The notes below the pieces were generated by a model. That model was given only the letters and a program-made list of their open reading frames with translations, had not been told where the DNA came from and made no database searches. A stretch of DNA of 63,841 nucleotides, filler included, from Octopus bimaculoides (taxonomy: Eukaryota), in the NCBI RefSeq assembly GCF_001194135.2. It is 7 parts of 6 records of this genome, joined end to end, with 100 filler letters (N's around TTAATTAATTAA, not from the genome) between each part and the next. Parts side by side here need not be neighbours in the genome. Positions count along the whole stretch, not along the records: positions 45,261 to 54,873 come from NC_069008.1; positions 54,974 to 62,221 come from NC_068983.1; positions 62,322 to 63,841 come from NC_068983.1; 4 more parts are not named here. One strand, 5' to 3'. A program made the translations under genes and the position numbers. Below are positions 51,415-62,751 of the stretch, piece after piece; within the stretch, counting starts at the first letter, position 1; each line of letters begins with the position of its first letter.

Positions 51415-52176
51415 CTGTATATTTATGTTTGCTAATTGAAATAGAACCACTGAGAACAACAGATCTTCCCTGTGTTATTAGAGTTAACTGTAGAATACCC
51501 TGAGAAAGAACAGGAGATCAACTTTCCACATTCATTTCTGAGTGCAGAGATGAGAAAACAATTAGTTTAAGATTTGAATGACAATGTTAAGAAATGGATT
51601 CACTTTTGAAACCACTCAGCTATTCTAGCAAATAGCAATCCTTTCATCATAATTGCAGTATTAAACTAGACGTAACATATTTGTAATTTATATAAGTAGC
51701 TACAGTAACAACACCAAGAGCATTGTCAACAACAACAATAAAACCAACAAGGACCGGAAATCTAGAAAAAGGATTGGCTGATTACATTGATTCCAGTACT
51801 TGACTGGTATTTTATTTTATCTGGCCTGAAAGGATACCCACCAAAATCAGCAGGATTTGAATGTTATTTCAATGGATGTATTGTTATGTATGTATGTATG
51901 TATGTATGTATGTATGTATGCATGCATGCATGCATGTATGTATGTATGTATGTCAATCAGTCAGTTTTATACCCTAGATCAAAGGCTCCTTCATTGTATT
52001 TTCTACACCAACAGCAAGGCATTTTTGTATGTATGTATGTATACGCGCAGACTTGTATGTTTTGTTTTATGAATATTTGTATGTTAGTTAAATGATTTGG
52101 ACCCCACCAAGAAAAAATTGGAAGTGTATTGTAATTAGTGGTGTATAACAGCATCTGATGGTCTGGTCGATACTGT

Positions 52177-52357
52177 GGTTTCTCGCCATAAAGGGTACCT
52201 TTATGGCATATTTTCAGACCCTAAAACCTGTTGGTTTATGGCCTCTTTAAAATATGGAGGGGGAAACAATACTGTTTATATTGTTTCCCACTCAATATTT
52301 TAAGAGGTTTTAGGGTCTGAAGATACGCCACAAAAGTACCCTTTATGGCGAGAAACC
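52177..52357. mobile_element. ~180-bp palindromic MITE
   Basis: GGTTTCTCGCCATAAAGGGTAC...TCAGACCCTAAAACCT mirrored by AGGTTTTAGGGTCTGA...GTACCCTTTATGGCGAGAAACC; internal pairing continues (AAAATAT/ATATTTT, GGGAAACAATA/TATTGTTTCCC). Confidence 0.85.
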
Positions 52358-52679
52358 TAGAGAAATCCATAAACAAGTAATTTATATGTATATATATATA
52401 TATATGAATGTGTATGTGTGTTTGCAAATGGACTCTTCCCAATTGAACTATCTTTGAAAAAACTCTTTCTTAAAAAGGGAATATTTATTAAGATTGAATT
52501 CTATAACAAATCTTTAATATTGTGATGTTTGCTTTATATTATGAAGATAATATTTATATTAATTTTTAAAATGTCCCAAATATAAATTAATCTCAAGAAA
52601 AAGTAATAAGACACACACATACATATGAATTTTTAGACGAATGTATCAACACTAGAATTTTTTTAAATTTTTACTTGTT

Positions 52680-52945
52680 GCAATTATTAGACTGTGGTTA
52701 TGCTGGGGCAGCACCTTGAAGAATTTTTAGTTGAATGTAACGACCCCAGGATTTTTTTTTATGATTTTCAACCAGCGCATGAAGTTAAGCCTAGAAGGTA
52801 TCTCCGCATGCTAGAAGTAACAGCCAAATCTCTGGAATTTTTTTAATGACCCCCTCGGTTTTTTTATTTTCAAAAAATCTTTTTACTAGTTTCAGTCATT
52901 GAACTGTGGCCATGCTGGAGCACCAGCTTGAAGAATTTTTGGTCG
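52680..52945 (-). mobile_element. Two SINE family B tail fragments flanking an 80-bp repeat piece
   Basis: ATGCTGGGGCAGCACCTTGAAGAATTTTTAG and GTTTCAGTCATTGAACTGTGGCCATGCTGGAGCACC. Confidence 0.65.
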
Positions 52946-53244
52946 CAGAAAAATCAGCATTTTAAAATATATATTTAAAGTCTTTTGTTTTCTTTTCTTG
53001 TATGTTAATAATAGTTGCGATGAAATTAATAACTCCAAGAATTGATTAAATACCTGCTAAATGGAGTGAAAAAATAGTTAAGTCAATAGAAGGACTTATG
53101 TGAGCTAAATTTCTTGAAAGGGGAGTATAAACGGTTCATCCAGTTTCTGCGCCTCTTTCTACAGCAGCTGATGATAATAATAGGGTTAGATTAATGAGAA
53201 TAAGTTGACCTTTTGAACTTTCTCCAGCTGCTGAAGGTCTGGTC

Positions 53245-53566
53245 CAGGGATTCTCAACCATTTTCTACCTATGGATCCCTTTGATTACTACTTTGTTCTG
53301 GTAGACTCCCATAGCCATTTGATATTTAAAAACTAGTTTTACAGAATCTTCTTTCAAAATTCCTAGTGTGCACATTAACTTGTGTAGGTTGAACTATGTA
53401 AAATGCTAGAGAAAGAAACCTAGCTGTTTCTTGCAACAAATACCAATACATGCACCAAAAGCAAAGTTTGTTGAGGGGACCTTAAACTATTATCGTGGAT
53501 CCTCAATTACTATTTTGTTCTGTGGCCCCAACAAAATCTTGTATGGACCCTGGTTGAGAACCACTG
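53245..53566. mobile_element. hAT (Charlie-like) MITE
   Basis: TIRs CAGGGATTCTCAACC / GGTTGAGAACCACTG; 8-bp TSD GTCTGGTC / GTCTAGTC. Confidence 0.85.
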
Positions 53567-53823
53567 GTCTAGTCATTCAAACATATTTATTGCTTTTATG
53601 CTTCCACACATTTCTTGAAGTAAATGCTTTCCTTTTTGTTAGAATTCAGACAATATGTACTTTGAGTAGTAAATAGTCTTGTGTTGTTATTCTATTATTG
53701 ATGTTATGGTTGATTTATTTACATTTTCAAACTTTAAAATTATTCTACAAACGAGGAAAATAATTGAAACACACGAGGAACATAGATATTTTGACACTGC
53801 TTTTCGATTGAATATATTATGCT

Positions 53824-54223
53824 GGTTATCTCACTTCCCATTAAAAAATTGCCATTAAAAAACTGGGTTATCTTCCCTCTGAAAAAGTGAGTTCATGTGG
53901 TGACAAGAGATTGGATTAAATGAGTCAGATCCTTTTGATTCAATACTTCAACATGTTCACGTTTGGCCTCCTCAATAAGCATGATATGATTTGTTATAAA
54001 AATGTTATCAGATTCAATAAGATGTTTAATTTTTTCAGTCTCCATGTTTATTAATTTTTTCAGTTTTGTGTGATTTTTTTAATAAAAATAGCATCAGATT
54101 CAAAACAATGTTTCATCTCACTTTTCATGTTTACTAATTTTTCCATTTTTTTTTCTTAGTTGGGGGAGATAACCATAAAACAGTGGGGAGATAATCCAAT
54201 TTTTTAATGGGCATGAAATAACC
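53824..54223. mobile_element. Degraded foldback/MITE
   Basis: GGTTATCTC..CCCATTAAAAAATTG..GGTTATCTTCCC mirrored by GGGAGATAACC..GGAGATAATCCAATTTTTTAATGGG..GAAATAACC. Confidence 0.65.
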
Positions 54224-54579
54224 AACCAGTACCATTTTGTTTACTTAAAAATTGGAATTTTGGAAAATAATTTTTTGTTTACAACTGCGATTTCCATTTT
54301 TGTTTACGTGAAATTATAAAAAGAAACATTTGTAAAATTTGGCTGTTATTTCTAGCATGTGGAGAGACCTTCTAGGCTTAACTTCAGGTGCTGGTTGAAA
54401 ATCATTCAAAAAAATTCCTCAAGGTGGTGCAACAAGTAAGAAGAAAAAAAAATTGAAATATATCACAGAAGTGGTTTGGAAGGCATTTAAAAAAAAATTG
54501 GGGGTTCCATGCAGCCTCTAAAATTTCTTTAAGGTGGTGCTCCAGCATGGGCGGCTGCAACAAGTAAAAAATAAAAAAC

Positions 54580-54662
54580 TCTGGGGTCGATTTGTTCGAC
54601 TAAAAATTCTTCAAGGCGGTGCCCTAGCATGGTCGCAGTCTAATGACTGAAACAAGTAAAAG
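54580..54662 (+). mobile_element. SINE family B tail
   Basis: CTGGGGTCGATTTGTTCGACTAAAAATTCTTCAAGGCGGTGCC. Confidence 0.75.
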
Positions 54663-54727
54663 GTAAAAAAATCGAAAAATATAACCATGGGGCTTTTGTT
54701 GGACCCCCTATATATATATATATATAG

Positions 54728-54973
54728 CTCTGCCTTTTCATCTCCTTCCTCTCTAACTTCCACCCCGCTCTTGACTTTACTTCCACCATCTCTGACACCT
54801 CTGTCAACTTCCTCGACATCTCTCTTTCCATCAACCCCCCCTCCAACTCTCTCACTACCTCCGCCTTCTTCAANNNNNNNNNNNNNNNNNNNNNNNNNNN
54901 NNNNNNNNNNNNNNNNNTTAATTAATTAANNNNNNNNNNNNNNNNNNNNNNNNNNNNNNNNNNNNNNNNNNNN

Positions 54974-55006
<33 letters not shown>

Positions 55007-55100
55007 GGAGAATTCACAAAAAAAGCAAAAGACGAAGACAGGTGGTGTAGACAATAAACAGATGTATTAGTATAACGCTCGAGAAGTGAAAAAGTCTTCC
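54728..55100 (+). mobile_element. Penelope-like retroelement fragments on both sides of a gap
   Basis: LFISFLSNFHPALDFTSTISDTSVNFLDISLSI matches the PLE RT motif FHP.+.FT....S+.FLD; 55005-55100 resembles a PLE terminal repeat (lower confidence). Confidence 0.7.
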
Positions 55101-55117
55101 ACAGAAAGAAAAAAGGA

Positions 55118-55561
55118 GATGATGATGATGACCGTCCACTAGTGACCAAGGAAGACCATTCCTAACCTTCAGGAACATTGTGTGATCTAGGACTAACTTA
55201 TATTTTGCACTTGCGGCTCCGTTGGTGGCTAATGAGCCCTGCTCTTGACAAGCATACGCGACTGCAAACATTGCAGACCAAGCTTTCCCCATTCACTCTA
55301 CGAGCCGTGCGCTTTCGAGCAGCTCGCTTAAGTTCTTCATGCTGAATACGTGCTCTCTCAAAAGTGTCGACTCCTTCCTTAACCTACTTCCTCCATCTGT
55401 GGCGAAGACAGGCATTGTTCTCCTAGTCAGTGTCCTGCATATCACAAGCCTTTAATGACGACTTGACACAGTCCTTAAATTGCAGTATTGGTTTCTGCTG
55501 GGGTCTCTTTCCATTCACAAGTTCGCCATATAACATCTGCTTAGGGATCCTGCTATCCAAA
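55118..55561 (-). mobile_element. RTE LINE 3' end with C-terminal zinc finger and (CAT)n tail
   Basis: 55560-55198 reads LDSRIPKQMLYGELVNGKRPQQKPILQFKDCVKSSLK...CNVCSRVCLSRAGLISHQRSRKCKI*, with two in-frame TAG. Confidence 0.88.
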
Positions 55562-55565
55562 GGAA

Positions 55566-55600
<35 letters not shown>

Positions 55601-56393
55601 NNNNNNNNNNNNNNNNNNNNNNNNNNNNNNNNNNNNNNNNNNNNNNNNNNNNNNNNNNNNNNNNNNNNNNNNNNNNNNNNNNNNNNNNNNNNNNNNNNNN
55701 NNNNNNNNNNNNNNNNNNNNNNNNNNNNNNNNNNNNNNNNNNNNNNNNNNNNNNNNNNNNNNNNNNNNNNNNNNNNNNNNNNNNNNNNNNNNNNNNNNNN
55801 NNNNNNNNNNNNNNNNNNNNNNNNNNNNNNNNNNNNNNNNNNNNNNNNNNNNNNNNNNNNNNNNNNNNNNNNNNNNNNNNNNNNNNNNNNNNNNNNNNNN
55901 NNNNNNNNNNNNNNNNNNNNNNNNNNNNNNNNNNNNNNNNNNNNNNNNNNNNNNNNNNNNNNNNNNNNNNNNNNNNNNNNNNNNNNNNNNNNNNNNNNNN
56001 NNNNNNNNNNNNNNNNNNNNNNNNNNNNNNNNNNNNNNNNNNNNNNNNNNNNNNNNNNNNNNNNNNNNNNNNNNNNNNNNNNNNNNNNNNNNNNNNNNNN
56101 NNNNNNNNNNNNNNNNNNNNNNNNNNNNNNNNNNNNNNNNNNNNNNNNNNNNNNNNNNNNNNNNNNNNNNNNNNNNNNNNNNNNNNNNNNNNNNNNNNNN
56201 NNNNNNNNNNNNNNNNNNNNNNNNNNNNNNNNNNNNNNNNNNNNNNNNNNNNNNNNNNNNNNNNNNNNNNNNNNNNNNNNNNNNNNNNNNNNNNNNNNNN
56301 NNNNNNNNNNNNNNNNNNNNNNNNNNNNNNNNNNNNNNNNNNNNNNNNNNNNNNNNNNNNNNNNNNNNNNNNNNNNNNNNNNNNNNNNNNNNN

Positions 56394-56540
56394 ATCGACC
56401 TCAGTGCCCGACTGGTACTTTATTTATCGACCCAGAAAGGATGAAAAATAAAGTCGATCTCGACAGCAGAACGTAATGACGGACGAAATGCCGCTATGCG
56501 TTTTGTCCGGCGTGCTAACGATTCTGCCATCTCGCCGCCT
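56394..56540 (-). mobile_element. SINE family A, young
   Basis: GACTGGTACTTTATTTATCGACCCAGAAAGGATGAAAAATAAAGTCGA...GCGTGCTAACGATTCTGCCATCTCGCCGCCT. Confidence 0.85.
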
Positions 56541-57159
56541 TAAACAGCAACTTAATAATGACAGTTATTTTTATTAAATTGTCCATTATTTTCACAATCA
56601 AGTGAAACAAAAACAATGTTATTTCAATAGAAGTCTAACAAAACGGTTAATACTGTTTCTTTTAAACTGTTACAAATCAATACTAACAAGAAAGACAAGC
56701 AGGCTCTAATGTCACCACCAGCAGCTTCACCAATTATTTAATTTTCAAAGTAAAATGTCTCTTAAATTTCTCAAACCAATCCTAAGAAACAAAAAACAGT
56801 TTTGTCACAAAACTTTTAACTTTCTGCAGATCATCGTACAAACTTGTAGATTTTGCTTCAATCAACAATGTCTTCTGTTTATTTGTCTTGTCTGATCATC
56901 AATCCGTTCTCATTTCCATTTTTAAGTATCGTTTCAGATCTCTTAAAACAAAACAATGTCCAGGCATTTAACAGTGTAGTTGTTTGATCTCCTGACCTAA
57001 TTTTCGCTTTATTATCACAGCGGGTTCCCATTGTAGAATGAGGCAAACTTTGAAGCTTTTTACAATATAACCATTTTTTCTCTTTTAACACATCAAGTTT
57101 ATTATCGAACGTTGCGACATCACATTCTTAATCTAAACAAATATCTTTTACTTCTTAAC

Positions 57160-57330
57160 TCTTAGGGGTTTCAGTGATTGGACTGCGGCCAAGCTAGAGC
57201 ACCACCTTAAAAGTTTCAGTCGTACAAATCGAGCCCCAGTAATTTTTTTGTCTGGTGCATCATGTATCGGTCTCTTTTACTGAATCACTAAGTTACGGTG
57301 ACGTAAAGAAAGCAACACAACTCAAACACA

Positions 57331-57381
<51 letters not shown>

Positions 57382-57545
57382 GTGCACACACACACACACA
57401 CACAACGGGCTTCCAAGCAGTTTCCGTCTACCAAATTCACTCACAAAGCATTGGTCGGTCCAGGGCTATGGTAGAAGACACTTGCCGACGATGCCGCGCT
57501 GTGGGATCGAAACCGCGTGGTTGCAAAGCAAGTTCCTTAACTACA
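57160..57545 (-). mobile_element. SINE family B, full length
   Basis: Reverse complement collinear with 21679-22095. Confidence 0.8.
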
Positions 57546-57949
57546 CGGCCGTCTACGAAATATATAACAATGAACGATATATATGTTATATATAGCTGAT
57601 ATATAACAATGAACGATATGTGGTTATATCACCTTTCTTGAAAACAGGTGAAGGTTGGCTGCAAGAAGGGTTTCTGGCTCTGGAAAATCAACCTCAATGG
57701 ATTCCGTCTGACCCATCATGGCGTTGATATGTATATGTGTGTGTGTGCATATATGTGTATATAAACATATATATGTATATACACTCATACGCATGTACAC
57801 GTGAGTACATATATATAATTATGTGTGTCTGTATGCATAAAAGGTATTTCCTTCACCTTTTTCTAGTGAATTGAATGCATCATGTTGTGTTTTGTCATCA
57901 CCATTTCACCCTTGGTTACCTTCAAAAGCGTTGGTTCTGTTGCAAGCCA

Positions 57950-58150
57950 TCGGCACCAAACCGTCGCACTCCATATCGCCATTATGGTCTATGTTTCCAC
58001 ATGCCCAAATCGCCTGACTAATTCCCCTTTCTGTTCTTAATCATCTCATGTCTTCTCTCTAGTCCTGATCACATATTTCGCCTCTTACACTTTATTTCTT
58101 TCTGACATACAACTTTCTCGTCCCTAGGCTTCGACCCATCTTCACTCTCC
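57950..58150 (-). mobile_element. Very old LINE 3' remnant
   Basis: Minus frame contains RFGHVE, like the RWFGHVERM motif of RTE/L2 RT C-termini. Confidence 0.35.
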
Positions 58151-58563
58151 AGGATACACTCTCTACTTAAACTTCTCTGCTAAGCATTAGTAATGGTTGA
58201 ACATTTATGTCACTGTCATGTAAGCGATACTATTAATTTCCAATCTCCCCCGAAAACATGTCTGGCCTTAGGGAAATATTAACTTACTTGGCTATGGATG
58301 AAGGTTGGCGATAGGAAGTGCATCCAGCTGTAGAAAATCTGCCTCAATGAAATCTGTTTGATTTTGGGTTTCTAACTAGTTTTGTCTCCTGGCAAAACGT
58401 AATTTACGTTCAGATAATTATGTCTCCTTTCAAAGTGTTAAATTTAGCTGGAATGCCTTATAAGTGATGTTGACGAAGCATATATGTAGGTATGTATGTG
58501 TGTGTGTGTGCGTACGTATGTGTGTGTATGTGCGTACGTATGTATGCGCTCGACGCGCGACAA

Positions 58564-58655
58564 TTAAACCCCATCGGTTTCGGCTGTAATGTTAATCCCA
58601 TTATACTCCCACCGCCACTTTGACACAGGTCGTTCGTATTCGAAGTGGTGAGAAT
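58564..58655 (-). CDS. Candidate (terminal) coding exon DSHHFEYERPVSKWRWEYNGINITAETDGV*
   Basis: Long pyrimidine-rich tract ending GTCACAG on the minus strand; CpG-rich non-repetitive island. Confidence 0.25.
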
Positions 58656-59029
58656 CTGTGACGTGATGCAAAGGGCACAGCAGTAGATAAGAGGAGAAAA
58701 CATGGCCATTGATTTAGTATTCCGTCTGTTTCTGTATACAGCAGCGTATGATGCAACCAGGGTGAGCAAATACATCGTCAGGTCTAAACCTTAACTCATA
58801 AACCATCCTTTATTTCTCACAAGAGTATTAATTTTTCTTTCTTTCTTTTTTTTTCAGTAGAACTTTTCTATCATCAGTGAAAATTAGGGATAGAAATATG
58901 TATGCGCGTGTAAGGGCATAAACTACAGTTTGGCAACAGCGTGGGCATCCAGCTCTAGAAAAACTCCCTCAATAGATTCCGTCTGAACCATGCGGACAGA
59001 AATAGTAGACGTTAAAACAATGATATATA

Positions 59030-59400
59030 TACCTTTCACTTGTTTCAGTCATTAGACTACGGCCATGCTGGGGCACCGCCTTCAACAATTTTTAGTCGAA
59101 TGAATTGACCCCAGTCTTTTTTTTTTTTTTTCAAGACTAGCACTTATTTTATTGGTGTCTTGTGCCGAACTGCTAAGTTACGAGGACGTAAACACATCAA
59201 CACCGGTTGTCAAGCGTTCATGGGGAACAAATACAGGCACATAGTCACACACACATACACACACAAATGACAGGCTTCTTTCAGTTTCCGTCACAAGGCT
59301 TTCGTCGGCCCGAAGCTATAGTAGAAAGAAGACATTACCTCAAAGTATCAGGCTATGGGAAAAAAACCTGGAACCATGTGGTTGGAAGCCACGCCTGCAC
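59030..59400 (-). mobile_element. SINE family B
   Basis: TTGTTTCAGTCATTAGACTACGGCCATGCTGGGGCACCGCC...GCTATAGTAGAAAGA...AACCATGTGGTTGGAAGC. Confidence 0.8.
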
Positions 59401-59525
59401 TACATATATANNNNNNNNNNNNNNNNNNNNNNNNNNNNNNNNNNNNNNNNNNNNNNNNNNNNNNNNNNNNNNNNNNNNNNNNNNNNNNNNNNNNNNNNNN
59501 NNNNNNNNNNNNNNNNNNNNNNNNN

Positions 59526-59574
<49 letters not shown>

Positions 59575-60065
59575 GAGAGATGTACATATGTGCATGTATA
59601 CATAGATATTACATGTATGTGTCTAATATAATAGTTTAATTTTAGAAAGTTATAAAAATAGACCATACAGAAAAGTTATTACCTGTATCGGATAGGGTTC
59701 GCTGAATTCTGCTGTTTTAAGGTATTGTTATCCTTCAGTAAAAAGCTATTTAAATCTTCGTTAAAATAATTCATGCGTCCCTCTATCAGACTAGTCACCA
59801 ACTCATAGGGTTCTAAAATATTCCATGTTGGAAATAGGTGTTTAAAAGTGGCGGTACGCTAAAGTCCTTGAGGATGTCATATGACGACGTACACCGTTGT
59901 AAACAAAATAATAATAATAAAAAAGATAACGCCATCCCCCTGGGTGTCCCCTGACCCAATGAAAATACCATCATTAACACTAATTTTTATAGTTTCTTTT
60001 GCAAATAACAAACTGATCATTTAAACATCTTCATTAGAATTATTTCTTTATCTTAATATTTGTGT

Positions 60066-60147
60066 GGTAGCGTGGCCGAGCGGTCTAAGGCGCTGGTTTA
60101 AGGCACCAGTCTCTTCGGAGGCGTGGGTTCGAATCCCACCGCTGCCA
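60066..60147 (+). tRNA. tRNA-Leu-AAG: tRNA-Leu, anticodon AAG
   Basis: GGTAGCGTGGCCGAGCGGTCTAAGGCGCTGGTTTAAGGCACCAGTCTCTTCGGAGGCGTGGGTTCGAATCCCACCGCTGCCA: 82 nt, complete cloverleaf with long variable arm, anticodon stem CTGGT/ACCAG around loop TTAAGGC, intact A and B boxes. Confidence 0.97.
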
Positions 60148-60152
60148 ATACA

Positions 60153-60158
60153 TTTTTT
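60153..60158 (+). terminator. Pol III terminator (T6)
   Basis: TTTTTT five bases after the tRNA 3' end. Confidence 0.85.
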
Positions 60159-60984
60159 CTATCTCGCATAATGGTGAAATTCAATCGCCCGAGTATATAT
60201 ACAAGCATGTACATATATGAGTATATTATATGTAATAGACCTGCAACATGTTACAATTTTAAATAGCTTAATTTATAGCATATTATAAAAATAGATGAAA
60301 ACAAGCTTATCTTTGTCGATAAGGTTTTCTAAATATTTTTATAGATACTCTGTGTGTGTGTGTGCATATATACATTGATGTGCATGTATGTATGTATATG
60401 CGTGTGTGTGTATGCACACACACCTGCATACATACATGATACTTTTGTAGTAAGGAATATTTAACATCTCCCACCCAATCTTTACTATGTAAAGCACAAT
60501 TAAAATGTGTTTCCAGTTTCATGAGTTTGTTTTGTGTTGTTTCTGTCAAACATGTCACATTTTATTGATTCATTTGTTCATAAAAACTCGGCGATTCTTT
60601 CACAAATTATTGCTTTTGTTGTTGTTGTACTGAAGTGTTGATGATGTAATCGAGGAATAAAAGAACTTTATATAAAGTGTTGCCTTGTCACGTCTGCTGT
60701 CTTTGGTTGATTCCTTTGAGAAGGCTTCTATGCTTTCTGCCTATATATGCATGTGTGTGTGTGTGAAGAGAGAGAGAGAAAAACAGACAGAGAGACAGAC
60801 AAACAGAAAGACACATTAGTTCAAGGATTCATTAGAATTACAGCATATCAACAAGTAGGACGCCGGGGATGGCTGGGTACTTAGTATTGAGCTCACAGTA
60901 AGGTAAAACAACTTTTGGTTGTCAGTTGTTCGTAGTGTGTGTGTGCGAGTGAGTGAACAAACGAATTTATTGGGAGTTACATGT

Positions 60985-61150
60985 ATGGATCAAAGCCGTT
61001 TGATTCAAATTTGTTGGTACTCTTAAGCGTGATGCTAGCCGTGAGCCATTTTGAAATTGATTCAAATTCAAATTCAAAATGGCTGACGGCTAGCATCACG
61101 TTTAAAGTTCAAGAGTACCAACAAATTTGAATCAAACTGCTTTGATTCAT
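60985..61150. repeat. 166-bp near-perfect inverted repeat (hairpin)
   Basis: Arms 60985-61055 and 61073-61150 pair with about four mismatches and one ~7-nt bulge; 17-nt loop. Confidence 0.92.
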
Positions 61151-61284
61151 GTGTGTGTGCATATAGACATAGGCACCGTACCAAATCCACTATAAACCGT
61201 ATATACTACTCAAGAGCGGTTCCACGAGTAGCCTATGTATAAAAGACGAACACAAGTAGGGTTCAAAATTCACAACAGCTGTTT

Positions 61285-62221
61285 CGGTAGCACCATAAGT
61301 GTTCAATAATATTGAGATCTGGGGACTGTGGTGGCCAGATAAGTTGTTCAACTTCACTAGAATGTTCCTCGTGCCATTCAGTAACAACTTTAGCTGTGTG
61401 AATTGGTGCATTATCATCCTAAAAGATTGCGTTTCCCTCCGGAAACAGTTCCGCAACTATAGGATGAATTTGATCAAATAAAATGCTTAAATAGTCTTGA
61501 CTATTAATTCTGCCATGAAGGGAAACCATTGGGCCGGCAGATTTCCAAGATATACCCCCCCCCCGATCATCACAGATCTTCCTCCATGTTTAACGGTTGG
61601 AAGAAAGCAGTCTAGGTCAAATGCTTCTTTTGGCTGTTTCCACACGTATACTCGGCCAGTGGTCAAAAATAAGGTAAAGGATGACTCGTCCGAGAAAATA
61701 ACATTCTCCCCGTTCTAGGGACCAATTCCGTAGGTTTTTACTCCACTCTGAACGCTTTGCAACGTTTGTTTTTGAAAGTAGCAGTTTTCTGATTGCAGCC
61801 CTTCCGTGAAATCCGGCTTTGTGCAGCTTCTAGCGAACAGTTTTTGTAGAAACTGAGTTCTCCAGGTGGTCGTTAAGCTGTGCAATAATTTTGGGAGCTG
61901 TACTTTTGTGATCCTTTCTAACAATTTGCGTAAGAGTCCGACGTCGCTATCTGAAAGTTTGGGTTTTCTTCCAGAGTCTTGTTTCGACGAGGAGGTTTTT
62001 CCCTCTTTTTCAAAGGCTATCATTACTTTCGAGACAATACTTCGTGATACACCAAACATTTTGGCTGTTTTCATTACGCTAGCGCCTGCCATACAAACAC
62101 CAACAATTTGACCTCTTTGAAAGTCCGATAGATCTGTCATTTTTATGAATTTTAATTACCTTTTTTGATGATATCTGAAAAGGAACAGCAATTTTAGCAA
62201 AACATATTAAGCAACACTAAT
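61285..62221 (-). mobile_element. Tc1-like DNA transposon with DD36E transposase (Incomer-like), defective
   Basis: MTDLSDFQRGQIVG..GASV.KTA..FGVSR..VSKVM..GRKPKL; VIFSDESSF; PTVKHGG; F*DDNAPIHTAKVVTEWHEEHSSEVEQLIWPPQSPDLNIIEHLW (36 residues D to E); frameshift and stop; 5' end lost in the gap. Confidence 0.92.
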
Positions 62222-62751
62222 NNNNNNNNNNNNNNNNNNNNNNNNNNNNNNNNNNNNNNNNNNNNTTAATTAATTAANNNNNNNNNNNNNNNNNNNNNNN
62301 NNNNNNNNNNNNNNNNNNNNNGCAAGGGGATCAAAAAATCAAAATAAGCAACACAGATTTTAAAGATGATTGCAGTGCGCACGTTTCATGCTACTCCATT
62401 TATTTAAGTAATGCGAGCATTACATTAAATGCAATATGTAGAGCAATCTTCAGCTGCACAAGAATGTAGAAAATTACAGTAGAATAGACATATTATAATT
62501 GTGGCAACATTTAAAATCCAAGTGGGAAGAAGAATACATAAAAATTCCTCTTGACATAGCCAAGGCTATATATATATATATATACAAATCTGGAGAATCT
62601 ACAAGAATAGATGCAAGCGCTAATTTATAAAAACGTGACATATTAATAAAAATCTGTAAATGTACAACCATCCAGATTTCTGAGTACCTTATTATTTTAT
62701 CTAATATATACTATTATTTTATCTAATATATACATATACATATCAGAAGTA

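Larger units (their letters stand above)
50364..51882. repeat. Local inverted duplication: 50364-50632 copied to 51630-51862 with a 38-bp deletion, plus a direct 23-bp patch (50688-50710 to 51860-51882)
   Basis: Near-identical reverse complement read base by base; microhomologies at the junctions. Confidence 0.92.
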
